Positions 52,882-62,560 of a stretch of 64,000 nucleotides of DNA are shown here, piece after piece. Origin of the DNA: Vitreimonas sp. (GTDB lineage Bacteria; Patescibacteriota; Microgenomatia; UBA1400; PJMF01); the NCBI GenBank assembly GCA_035627515.1, contig DASPLQ010000012.1:71269-135268 (forward strand). Reading direction: 5' to 3'. Numbering within the stretch: position 1 is the stretch's first letter; every line of letters begins with the position of its first letter. Below the pieces are notes generated by a model, which searched no databases, was not told where the DNA came from, and was given only the letters and a program-made list of their open reading frames with translations. Made by a program: the position numbers and the translations under genes.

Positions 52882-52945
52882 GGGATTCGAACCCCTGACC
52901 TTCTGTATGCCATACAGACGCGCTAGCCAACTGCGCTATGGGCCC
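52869..52945 (-). tRNA. tRNA-Ala(GGC)
   Basis: Full cloverleaf GGGCCCATAGCGCAGTTGG...TGGCAT...GGTTCGAATCC...GGGTCCACCA with G3.U70. Confidence 0.97.
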
Positions 52946-53016
52946 TTTGACAGGCTGTTATTGTACCATGACACAGATTGTTGTGGTAGAGAAAATAAAA
53001 GTTGTTACAATGGGGT

Positions 53017-55242
53017 ATGGCCATTCGACCTTACAACTCTTTTTTTCAGCGTTCTTCACTCGCCTTATTGACATTGGCGACCTTCAGCACGGCAATTTTG
53101 TACTCAAAATATATAGGACTACATAAAACTGTTTATGCGCAAAGTGAGACGACGACAGTCACTACCAATAATACTGGAGTTATTGAGCAGCCTAGTTCTA
53201 CGATCATGATCATCAATCAAGTTCGTGGCAGTGAGTGCTGTGATGTGGGCAGTTTAGAAGCCTTAAAAAAGCAAATAACAATCGTCCAAGGGAATGCACA
53301 GCCGGCCTATTTTACTGTCCGCTATGATGCGCTGACTGAACCAGAGTTTGTGAGCACTCTCCGCGCCGCTCACCGCACCACCCCGGCTCTTAAGCTGGGT
53401 GGCCTCCTCGAAATTACGCCCAGTTGGGCCACCGCCGCCGGGGTGGAGTATAAAGGCACACCTGATACCTGGTATGAAGCACAATACAGCATGTTAATTG
53501 GGTATGCACCTGAGGAAAGACGACGCTTGGTGGATACTTACATGGCCGATTTTAAGCAACAGTTTGGTGAGTATCCTGAGTTAACCACTGCCTGGATGAT
53601 AGATACTCCCACTCTCTATTATGCTCATGATCAATATGGGGTGAAAATTCACCAGATTACTCGAGAGCAGTGGGGAACAGACAGTTATACCCTCTATGGG
53701 GGCCCACCTCATTATCCCTATCCAGCTAGTCGTAACTGGGCTTTTGTCCCTGATTATAACGAAGCTAATCCACTCTTTATTGTCCGCCAGACTGTTACCG
53801 ATCCATTGAAGAATTATGGTGATACATCAAGCTCTTTTACTTCACAACCTAATGATTATGCTCGTGATGGCAAAGACCATCTCTACTTTTTAGGTTTAAT
53901 GGCCCAAGTAGCCAGTCAACCCGCCACTCCAGGCTGGGCAGTCCTTGGCCTTGAGAACAGCATGCCTGGAGAGTTCCAGGCAGAATACGAAAAACAACTG
54001 AAAAACGTGGCTAGTAGCACTGGCCCTGCAGGCAAACAATTGTTACTCAATGTGAATTATTTTGATAGTAATAATATTAATAAGATTAGCAATGATCATA
54101 GAATCAATATTTATAGTGGGATTGATATATTAGGAGATACTCACAATGAGGCCGTTTGGATCACTACCCCGACATATCGGATTCGTTTGCGGAAATATAG
54201 CGATAAAATCTGGATCGATGATTTCCGCGTCTTTGACGCACGCCTCACCGATCCTTACAGTAATACCGTAGCCGTTAATAAAGGTCATTGGGTAGTTCCG
54301 TATTTACTAGATGGCTCACTTTGGCATCACCAACCCACTAAAAGGCCGTTAAAATTGAGATTATTCGGTCCACCAGAAGTACCAAACCTTGCCCCTCAAC
54401 CTCAATCTGACCTCACAGACCAGGTGACCAGGTTAGAACTGCCGAATTTGGCCCCTGGTACAGCCTGGAAGCTAGGACGTACCTCGAGTGGCCAGGCTAC
54501 ACTCGAGTACCAAACCGCTGCTGGCCAAGCAATAACCGTCTTTTTTGAAGATTCTCGCATCAATTGGTCGGGCTTATCACCCGAGAGCTTCACGTATCAT
54601 CCGTTGTATCCAACTCAAGTTCCCCTAGACTTCTTGGCTAAGAAGGATGGCTTTCAGCTCCGCTGGCTTATCGACGAAAAAGTGGGGTGGGGGATTAACA
54701 ATACCTGCCGGCCAGCAGCTGTCAACGAAACTGGCCTCCCCAGTTGCGAATGGACCTTCACGCTCCAACCCGACCTCCTCGCTCAAGCCCGCGAACAACA
54801 GTATCCCTTTTTGTTTCCGGAAACCCGCCCGCGTGAATTAGATGAAAAGAACTCACTCGTCTATGCTCACAATCGCTATGCGATTGCCGGCCGCAATCCG
54901 GTCCGCATTGTGATCGTCCCTTACGATAAAGCGGGTTTTCCTACCACATTGGCTGACCCCGCCACCGTGATTGCTTCACCCCCCCCAGCTTATATCAGTG
55001 AGAGTAAAAAAGAATTGAACGAGTCGCTAGAATTCATTGATTTGGTACATAATAGTCCTCAAAAAACGGCGCTGACGGTATCACTGAGTGATTCAGTCAC
55101 AAAAAACATCACGGTTTATTTTGCGCCCAACTGCAAAGTTGAGAAGCTTTACTGCCTCACGCATCCACGACAAACATGGTGGTATCTGAATACTGTGGTC
55201 CGCGACAAAATACGCGCCCAGGTGCTAGGTGAACCTCAATAG
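53017..55242 (+). CDS. Secreted/membrane-anchored protein, possible carbohydrate-active (deacetylase/glycoside hydrolase-like) N-terminal domain
   Basis: Signal-like N-terminus; LGGLLEITP, FKQQFGEYP..AW.ID and REQWGTD.Y.L.GG. Confidence 0.6.
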   Translation: MAIRPYNSFFQRSSLALLTLATFSTAILYSKYIGLHKTVYAQSETTTVTTNNTGVIEQPSSTIMIINQVRGSECCDVGSLEALKKQITIVQGNAQPAYFTVRYDALTEPEFVSTLRAAHRTTPALKLGGLLEITPSWATAAGVEYKGTPDTWYEAQYSMLIGYAPEERRRLVDTYMADFKQQFGEYPELTTAWMIDTPTLYYAHDQYGVKIHQITREQWGTDSYTLYGGPPHYPYPASRNWAFVPDYNEANPLFIVRQTVTDPLKNYGDTSSSFTSQPNDYARDGKDHLYFLGLMAQVASQPATPGWAVLGLENSMPGEFQAEYEKQLKNVASSTGPAGKQLLLNVNYFDSNNINKISNDHRINIYSGIDILGDTHNEAVWITTPTYRIRLRKYSDKIWIDDFRVFDARLTDPYSNTVAVNKGHWVVPYLLDGSLWHHQPTKRPLKLRLFGPPEVPNLAPQPQSDLTDQVTRLELPNLAPGTAWKLGRTSSGQATLEYQTAAGQAITVFFEDSRINWSGLSPESFTYHPLYPTQVPLDFLAKKDGFQLRWLIDEKVGWGINNTCRPAAVNETGLPSCEWTFTLQPDLLAQAREQQYPFLFPETRPRELDEKNSLVYAHNRYAIAGRNPVRIVIVPYDKAGFPTTLADPATVIASPPPAYISESKKELNESLEFIDLVHNSPQKTALTVSLSDSVTKNITVYFAPNCKVEKLYCLTHPRQTWWYLNTVVRDKIRAQVLGEPQ

Positions 55243-55376
55243 GTGGGGAAGGGGAGAGGGACACGCAAAGTTGATAGCAAATGATCTATATTGATAGCTT
55301 TTCACACTTTAAAACGCTTCTAAAAATAACGGTGAAATTAGATTGATTAATCAACCCTTTATTCGAGAAGGTCTTA

Positions 55377-55403
55377 TTAGCAGTCTAACCTGGGCTCTGC
55401 TAA
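55377..55403. repeat. CIRCE-like inverted repeat (second copy)
   Basis: TTAGCAGTC-N9-CTCTGCTAA. Confidence 0.55.
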
Positions 55404-55585
55404 TTGTGTTATCAGGTGGGAAAGACAGAAATTTTTCTTGCTCTTAGAGAGGCAAAGAGCGGTTAACTACGCTTCATTCTCAAACATATTCCTCGTTGCT
55501 CTCAGCACTTAAGCTCAGTGTTTCTACACTGTCACTCACTAAATCAGCAATGATCTTACTTGTGAGGTTGGCTTTTGCCCTTTGA

Positions 55586-56521
55586 TTATAACTTAGAATG
55601 AAAGCTGGTATGAACTTTTTGTAACTGTGGTCTCGTCACATGAGTATAAATTTGCGTCGTAGCGATATTTTTGTGACCGAGCATCTCTTGCACATCACGT
55701 AAGCCCGCCCCGTTGGCGAGTAAGTCAGTGGCAAAGCTATGACGGATGCCGTGGGGGCTGACTTTTATAGGTAATTTAGCCTGGCGGCAGTAGTTATCCA
55801 CTATCCGTTGCACACTTCTGGTGGTCAACCGCATCTCTTCACCGTCTGATAACAGATCGGGCTTGTTACGAGCCAAGCGAATAAAGACTGGTCGCCAGTT
55901 ATCTTCTCGAGAATTCAACCATCGTTCTAACCAGTCTGTTGCTCTGTCACTTAAGAACACTACTCGAGGTCGTCTGCCTTTACCAATCACTCCAAATTCT
56001 TTCCTAGCCAGATCAATCTGGTCTCGGTTCAAGCCGACCAGCTCACTGACCCGGAGTCCCGTCGAGAATAGCACTTCCAACATGGCTTTATCGCGTAAAC
56101 CTGGCTTACTAGACAGCAATGGTTGACTCAATAAGCGCTCCACATACTCAATATTCAAAAACTTCATGGCATGCGACTCAGCTTTAGGCAAATCTATCTT
56201 TTCCGGCTGTAATACCGCAGCGTCATTTTTGACCATCCACTTCAATAAGGAGCGTAGAGCAATAATATAATAACTTTGTGTCTTCTTGGATAACGTCCGG
56301 CCTTGGTCATCAATGTACCGTGCTAAATACACTCGGTACTTTCTGATCACATCCTGATCGACTTGTTTGAGGTCGTCAATTTTTTCTGTCATCAACCACT
56401 CATTAAAGCGCCGCAAATAATGAGCATAATTGCGGATCGTGAGGCGACTGACGTTACGTTCTACCTCCAAATGTTCGAGAAAAGTGGCAAGGGCGAGTGG
56501 GGGAAGAGTAGAGATGGCCAT
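55586..56521 (-). CDS. XerC/XerD-family tyrosine recombinase
   Basis: RDKAMLEVLFSTGLRVSEL, HGIRHSFATDLL and LGHKNIATTQIYTH. Confidence 0.93.
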   Translation of the reverse strand: MAISTLPPLALATFLEHLEVERNVSRLTIRNYAHYLRRFNEWLMTEKIDDLKQVDQDVIRKYRVYLARYIDDQGRTLSKKTQSYYIIALRSLLKWMVKNDAAVLQPEKIDLPKAESHAMKFLNIEYVERLLSQPLLSSKPGLRDKAMLEVLFSTGLRVSELVGLNRDQIDLARKEFGVIGKGRRPRVVFLSDRATDWLERWLNSREDNWRPVFIRLARNKPDLLSDGEEMRLTTRSVQRIVDNYCRQAKLPIKVSPHGIRHSFATDLLANGAGLRDVQEMLGHKNIATTQIYTHVTRPQLQKVHTSFHSKL

Positions 56522-56672
56522 ACTTGTGAGACTTCACTCATGGTAGTATACTTCCCGAGAAGTTGCAAATCAGGGTGTGCTCTTTTTTAACACTCAAAAT
56601 CGATGCTTCAGTGAGTGAAATTTTTATCACTTATCCCCTTTTTTCCTCAAGTTATTTAGAAAATATAGGACA

Positions 56673-56699
56673 TTAGCAGAGAAAGGCAAATTCTGCTAA
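56673..56699. repeat. CIRCE-like inverted repeat (third copy)
   Basis: TTAGCAGAG-N9-TTCTGCTAA. Confidence 0.5.
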
Positions 56700-57599
56700 T
56701 TTAGATGCAAAAAAATTAATGGCCTTTGATCAATCCTTTTTAGTCTTTTTATCGAGCAAGTCATTGATACTATTTGATAGTATTTGACTATTTTTGAGGA
56801 CGTTATTAAAACGTTTAACTAAGGATAATTACTGGCTGTAGTAGGTTTTCCAGTTGGTTAATTTGTAACTAAAAACCTTCATAATTTACATCGCCGGTTC
56901 ACCTAAAACATCCTGATACTTATCTCCCAAATTTAAATCGTGGTTACACTTTAGCGTCCATAACGATTTGGTTTTAGGCAGATATGATTTTTAATTACCA
57001 CAGATGATTATGACAACTCATATTGAGTACAGACTTTAAGTACGCACTAAGTCGTGTTTAATTTTCAGTTACCGTTTGTGATTACTATGGTCGTGGTGAT
57101 TTTTTAACGCGGTAGATACTACGTCACACACTAAATACTAAATAAAAAGCCTTTTTCTCTAATTTATATAATTATAAGAAAGAATTGATCAATAAAGCTT
57201 TTAAATTTCTCCAGGCTAAAAATGACCCTCTAAAAGCCTCAAAAACGGCTTTTTATTTAAAAAATGACTAGTTAGCCGTCTCATTTTTAGGCGTTTTCAC
57301 CTCTTTTCCTTCAAGTACCAGGCATAATTAAAAAAACTCACAACTATGCCATTATCATCACTACAAAATGGCAGTGCTGCGTTCTTACAATAATTATGCG
57401 GCAATCGGTAGAGAAGACCGGTAGAAGAGACCTAGCGACTTAATAAGCCATCAGAAATGAAGTACCTAAGCGAGACAGAGCATATCTAGATTACAAATTG
57501 CATATCTGGAAAAGAACACAGATTGTACAGATAAAAGGATTGATTAATAAATCTAATTTATAAGTAGCCAAAAGCCTCTCTCGGCAAACACATAGGTTA

Positions 57600-57627
57600 A
57601 TGTCGTAAAAGTATTATTGTGCGACAT
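57600..57627. other. Candidate dif site
   Basis: ATGTCGTAAAA-GTATTA-TTGTGCGACAT: 11-6-11 near-palindrome 1.1 kb from the xer gene. Confidence 0.65.
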
Positions 57628-58407
57628 AACACAATATGCGATTCCTCCCCTGGTGGAGAGTAGAAGTTAGAGTTTTATAGAAATTGTGCATGTACCGTAG
57701 TATGTCTTCCCGATAGGTACCAAGTGGAGTTATCACTCCCTTAATAATCCTGGTCTAAAAAGCCCTCTCGGCCTCTCTCCAGAAAATGCCATTTTTAAGC
57801 TTCCAGGCGTATTTTTCTTCTTCTTACCTGTTTGTGAGGGAAGGCATTCGGGTTTTTTATGTTTTGTGCTCTGTTCCAGAGGACAAATAGATGTTTAAAT
57901 TCTTGAGTACATATACTACTTTCTCTGCACTTTAGCCTGGATTCTTGCAAATAAGTCCTATAATTATTTAAAGTTTTCCACAATACTTTTTTGCATCAAA
58001 CTATATCACTCTTCCCTGTCTTCACCTGGTAATTAAAATTTTCACGCTCTCTTCTCTATCTTTTCACGGTTTACCTTTTCCCACCATTTCCAGGCTTATT
58101 CACGTTTGTTTTCTTTTATATTTATTTATATTTTTTACCTGTAAGTTATGTCTTAACTTGCCTTGAGTGTCCTTAAACCCAGGTCAACCAGACATATAAA
58201 AAGTTCTTTATCAAGGAATATGCCTTAAACCAGGCTAAAAACCTCATTGCTCTTCCCTGCTCCATTAACGCAGAATTGCCGCAAAAAGAGTTGTGCTTCA
58301 TCATTAATCGATAATCAGTATAAATTTTAGGCTGAAGTGATTACAAAATGTACATTTGCCAGGTAGAAATTTGCAGCAGCATGGACTGCACTGAGGCAGC
58401 GTCTGCT

Positions 58408-59166
58408 CTATCTTCTGGCTTTAACTACATTGTGTGGAGGTGCATCATTGCCTGGACCCTGCCGTCTGGCTAATACAGTTGGTAGATATGGATTTTTAAT
58501 AATCAACAAACTTGATTCAACGGAGCCACTGCCCTTGAGCTCATCGCTCATCAATCTCGAAATAAAAGTTTCTTTACTTATGCGCTCTAATTCATTAGTA
58601 CGCATAGGATTCATTAAACTCACCTCAACACCAGTAGCAACCCGCTGAATATCATTAACTACTACCCAGTGTCCAATACTGCCCATGGAATAGGCAACCA
58701 AAGGAAAATAACCTTTTCTTAATGCTTCTGCTATTTTTTCCAATTTAATGTCTGAACTGCCAATATATAATTCGGAATCAAGACTCAATTCCTCTCTGAT
58801 AAAAACTTGTGTTCGCTCATTCCCAATAATGCCTCCGTTAGCAAGTAAACCCTGTTCTCGAGCTTTTTCGGCTAAGCTGGCTTCATTTGGAGCGTACGCC
58901 CGTCCCTGCGACCGGGCTAAACTCCTTTTGACCGCTATCAAGCAAGCCAACAAACAGGTATCGTTACTTTGCTGTTGATATACTTCCAAACCGGGAATTC
59001 CTGCTCGTCTTAAACCAGACGGAATAGCTAAAGTGTCAATTCTGAATATTAGATCAGATTGCAACTGTTGTCTTTTTAGTGAAAATTCTTGTTCATCGAC
59101 AAGGCGAAGAGCCTGAATTGTATTAGGAGAAAAACCTCTGTCCTCTGGGGTGTTCATAGCCATCAC
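58408..59166 (-). CDS. Peptidase C39-like (papain-fold) protein
   Basis: YQQQSNDTCLLAC, GHWVVV and MNP. Confidence 0.65.
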   Translation of the reverse strand: MMAMNTPEDRGFSPNTIQALRLVDEQEFSLKRQQLQSDLIFRIDTLAIPSGLRRAGIPGLEVYQQQSNDTCLLACLIAVKRSLARSQGRAYAPNEASLAEKAREQGLLANGGIIGNERTQVFIREELSLDSELYIGSSDIKLEKIAEALRKGYFPLVAYSMGSIGHWVVVNDIQRVATGVEVSLMNPMRTNELERISKETFISRLMSDELKGSGSVESSLLIIKNPYLPTVLARRQGPGNDAPPHNVVKARR

Positions 59167-59201
59167 AGTATATCATGTCCCATTCTTGATATATTTTCTT
59201 G

Positions 59202-59969
59202 CTACTTCAACGGAAACAACACCACAAACACCAACCCTAAAAACACCGCCACCAGCGAGTACTCAGTCATGGTTTTGTTAAATAAACGGCCACGCAAAAA
59301 GTTGTGGAATAAACCCAGCGCAATATACAAAAAGGTCATCACAAATAGAGCCTGGTTCCAGACAGAAAAAGGGTAAAACGACAAAATCAAGCCTAACTCA
59401 GCTAAAGCGACACTGGAAAGTAACGCCAAACCAGTCACTTTCTCCGAAATGCGGGGTTCCAGCTCGATTGACCAGAGAGACATCAATACCAACGGAAAAT
59501 GCACTAGTCCAATTGCTAAACCATTCACAAACCAGGGTAACCGCAGCGAAAAAACGGTATTCGTAAACAACAGCGAAGTCAGGAGTGTAAATAACAACCC
59601 AATGGCATGTGCGGCGTGCAACAACTGGATTGTCCGGCCTTTCGCCACTGAATAAATATTTGAGGTCAGGTACAAGGCGTACATTCCAATACAAAATAGC
59701 ACTAAAATAAACAACTTGCTCAATAAATGCTCAGGTAATAGAAAGTAAAATAAAGCTACTGCGCCGGTGTAAAAGGCTGGAAATGGGACAATTGTCACCC
59801 ACTCATGTCGTTGCAGGTCATCAGCTAATGCCCAGGCAGAAATTAAGTAGGAAACCAAGGTCAAAACGGCCACTGCCCAATAGCGATACTCCAGCGTCAC
59901 ATACTGGACACCAAGCAAGCCCAAACTGAGCAAGATGGAAGCAATCACAAACTTTTCGCGACGACGCAT
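59202..59969 (-). CDS. Multi-pass membrane protein (DUF5656-like)
   Basis: About 8 TM helices; NIYSVA..RTIQLL.AA; EY near the C-terminus. Confidence 0.65.
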   Translation of the reverse strand: MRRREKFVIASILLSLGLLGVQYVTLEYRYWAVAVLTLVSYLISAWALADDLQRHEWVTIVPFPAFYTGAVALFYFLLPEHLLSKLFILVLFCIGMYALYLTSNIYSVAKGRTIQLLHAAHAIGLLFTLLTSLLFTNTVFSLRLPWFVNGLAIGLVHFPLVLMSLWSIELEPRISEKVTGLALLSSVALAELGLILSFYPFSVWNQALFVMTFLYIALGLFHNFLRGRLFNKTMTEYSLVAVFLGLVFVVLFPLK

Positions 59970-60011
59970 ATGTTAATCATTAAACCACATCACAGACAAT
60001 TACGGCAGGGA

Positions 60012-60575
60012 TTAGGCTTCAGCCGTGGCCCACTCGGCCGCAGCAAAAACGTCTTCCACATCATCATTTTCTCTTAATTGATCAATTAAATCTTCAATTT
60101 GGACAATTAATTCAGGATCTTCTAATTTCATCGGCATACTTGGAACCCACTCCTCCCCTGTCCCGCGAGTAAACAAAAACTGTACTGACCCTGGACTCCC
60201 CAAGCTACCACCATTCCTCGATAAAATAAACCGCATCTCACCGCTGGTGCGCTGAGTGTTATCGGTGTTAGCGACTATCATCAAGCCTACTCCACCAGGG
60301 CCATACCCTTCATAGGTAATGGTTTGCAGGCTCTTGCCATCACGTTTACCTAAACCGGTATCAATCGCGCGCTGAATTTTGACGTTGGGCATGTTAATGC
60401 CGCGAGCTTTATCGAGCGCCAATCGTAAACTCGGGTTACTCTTAGGATCACCGGATTTGCCCTCTTTGACCGCTACCCGAATCATTTTCGCGATCAAACT
60501 AAATTCCTTGGCTCGCTTTTGATCAGCTGCGCCTTTGCGATTTTTGATGTTGTTCCATTTACTGTGACCTGCCAT
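60012..60575 (-). CDS. yebC: YebC/PmpR family protein (short form)
   Basis: MAGHSKWNNIKNRK, YEGYGPGG and DDVEDVF. Confidence 0.93.
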   Translation of the reverse strand: MAGHSKWNNIKNRKGAADQKRAKEFSLIAKMIRVAVKEGKSGDPKSNPSLRLALDKARGINMPNVKIQRAIDTGLGKRDGKSLQTITYEGYGPGGVGLMIVANTDNTQRTSGEMRFILSRNGGSLGSPGSVQFLFTRGTGEEWVPSMPMKLEDPELIVQIEDLIDQLRENDDVEDVFAAAEWATAEA

Positions 60576-60695
60576 ATATTAGGTAGTTAGGTAATTAGTG
60601 ATTAGATAGCTAGAAAGCTAACAGGAGTATTATAACTCTGGAAGTTCGTTCCTCAATTCGGAATTACTTTTTACTCAATAACTCATGATTTAACC

Positions 60696-60724
60696 TTGAC
60701 AATTAGCTCGCAGCCGCGTATTCT
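60696..60724 (+). promoter_or_regulatory. Sigma70 promoter
   Basis: TTGACA-17-TATTCT. Confidence 0.65.
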
Positions 60725-60770
60725 TCGTCATTAATTTTGCGTACATTTTTTTTGAAAGAAATGGCCACCC

Positions 60771-61544
60771 ATGACCACTGCCTCTTCTCTCCAGAACCTA
60801 GCTATTCAAGCCGCCAAAGATCAGAATTGGGCTGAGGCTGCTAAACTTAATCAGACCATACTGGTCCAAAACCCTGCCGATTTAGGCGCACTTAATCGCC
60901 TTGGCGTTGCCTATGGACAGCTGGGTGAGCTCTCCAAAGCTAAAGAATCTTTCAAAACCGTGCTCCAGTTTGATAAATCTAATACCATTGCTAAAAAACA
61001 CCTGACTAAATTGTCCAACAACCAAGAACTCTCTGCTCCCTCATTCACTAAAGTTCACTTTATTGAAGAACCAGGTAAAACCAAAATTGTGGAGCTGCAC
61101 CGCTTAGCCGGTAAAAACGTGCTTGATAACTTAGCGATTGGCCAGCTTTGTGAACTAAAAACCAAGAACCGCTATGTCTCGGTGGATGCCAATGGCACCT
61201 ACATTGGAGCCCTGCCTGAAGACTTATCCTTCCGGCTCTGCAAGCTCTTGAATAGTGGTAACCACTACGAGTGCTACGTCCACTCTTTTACCAGCAACAG
61301 TTGCCAAGTTTATATCCGTGAGACTCTCCGCTCAGTTGAAAACAGAGACATTCACTCCTTCCCACCTGTTAAAAGTCACTTGGCCGCTATTAACGACATT
61401 GATGAAGAATTCTTGCTTGAAGAAGACATTCCGGTGGAAATTGTGGAAACTGACCGTGACATGGTCGAAACCGAACGTGAGTTAGAAGAAGAAGATAAAA
61501 CGTTCGAACCAATGGAACTCCCTGACAACTCTGAGGAAAATTAA
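60771..61544 (+). CDS. TPR-repeat protein with acidic tail
   Basis: ALNRLGVAY..LG...KA...F..VL..D TPR; FIEEPGKTK. Confidence 0.8.
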   Translation: MTTASSLQNLAIQAAKDQNWAEAAKLNQTILVQNPADLGALNRLGVAYGQLGELSKAKESFKTVLQFDKSNTIAKKHLTKLSNNQELSAPSFTKVHFIEEPGKTKIVELHRLAGKNVLDNLAIGQLCELKTKNRYVSVDANGTYIGALPEDLSFRLCKLLNSGNHYECYVHSFTSNSCQVYIRETLRSVENRDIHSFPPVKSHLAAINDIDEEFLLEEDIPVEIVETDRDMVETERELEEEDKTFEPMELPDNSEEN

Positions 61545-61567
61545 CCGGCTTTACTTCCTGGCTTTAG

Positions 61568-62560
61568 TTATTGCTCCAGAGCTTGGGCGACGTCTTCCCC
61601 AATCAATAACACTTGTTTGGCTCGGTACTCAGTGGTCAGCACTGGGTTAGGGTGTGGGAGCAGCTTGCGAGGCATCACTGCCTGGATCAGCCTCGTGACT
61701 TGGGCGCAATTGCCCTCTGATTCAATACTCAACCCCGTCTCAACAGCCCGCTGGGTGCTATCCGTGGTTTTGACAACCAGTACCTGACTGTGCTCAAGAA
61801 CAGTGGTCACCTGACTCGCCAGTCCAGCGGTGGCTGTGGTATTCACCACCGCAACCGCGCAGGCTTCCAGATTCACAGGTTGAGGTAACTGTGACCATAG
61901 CCTACTCAACTCACTCAACGTACTGGGTTTGAGTTCATCCACTTGGGAAAGATTATAATTACGAATATAAAAATACCACGCAGCCCGTTGTCGCCACGAA
62001 GCGTGGGGCTGCGGACGCCATAACACTGACCATAACAGCCGTTGTAAGTCTGGCGGGGCTTGGTAGCTGGCAGCTGCTTCTGTCTGCATCACCACGGTCC
62101 AGGGATATTCCAGCCCCACAGAATAAGCAGCTCTGATAAATTCTGGCTGGCGCTGGTTGGTTTTTAACAACGGCCACACTGCTCCCAATTGATACTCGCC
62201 ATAGCCTCCCATCACCGGAACTTTTTCTTCAACTGGTAACGAGACCACCGTCACTCGCGAACTGGCGGGAGCAATCACCACACCCACTATGACCGGAGTC
62301 CGTCCGTTTATTTCACTTGAGACTAACAAAAGATGTTCATCTTCCGTCAATGGAAATAACTGGGCCCCAAAGCTCATCACTAACTGAAATAAAATAAAAC
62401 CGAGAATTGCCAACCCGATTGCCCCACTCACCAACCGCTGGCACCACCGGGAAAAACCTCCACTGCGGCTATTTCCTCTGGATTGGCGTGGTTTGACTGG
62501 GCCATGAGAAGATGAACGTTTAGAACCTGACAGCTGGGCAGCGCGGGAAAGAGTCGTCAC
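61568..62560 (-). CDS. LCP-like protein with LytR C-terminal domain
   Basis: TM, VTVVSLP, VVNTT...GLAS and VLLIGED. Confidence 0.7.
   Translation of the reverse strand: MTTLSRAAQLSGSKRSSSHGPVKPRQSRGNSRSGGFSRWCQRLVSGAIGLAILGFILFQLVMSFGAQLFPLTEDEHLLLVSSEINGRTPVIVGVVIAPASSRVTVVSLPVEEKVPVMGGYGEYQLGAVWPLLKTNQRQPEFIRAAYSVGLEYPWTVVMQTEAAASYQAPPDLQRLLWSVLWRPQPHASWRQRAAWYFYIRNYNLSQVDELKPSTLSELSRLWSQLPQPVNLEACAVAVVNTTATAGLASQVTTVLEHSQVLVVKTTDSTQRAVETGLSIESEGNCAQVTRLIQAVMPRKLLPHPNPVLTTEYRAKQVLLIGEDVAQALEQ

Noticed and set aside
52654-55403. Invertible segment flipped by the adjacent tyrosine recombinase
   Set aside because: The flanking elements are inverted, but their central spacers differ, which disfavours strand exchange. 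Kept only as a repeat observation.
56522-58407. oriC, or a coding region (62-aa ORF at 57795-57983)
   Set aside because: Only isolated mismatched DnaA-box-like words were seen, there is no dnaA/dnaN nearby, and the ORF has no recognisable features.
60578-60615. TAG-periodic repeat upstream of yebC
   Set aside because: Short, degenerate and low-complexity, with no supporting structure.
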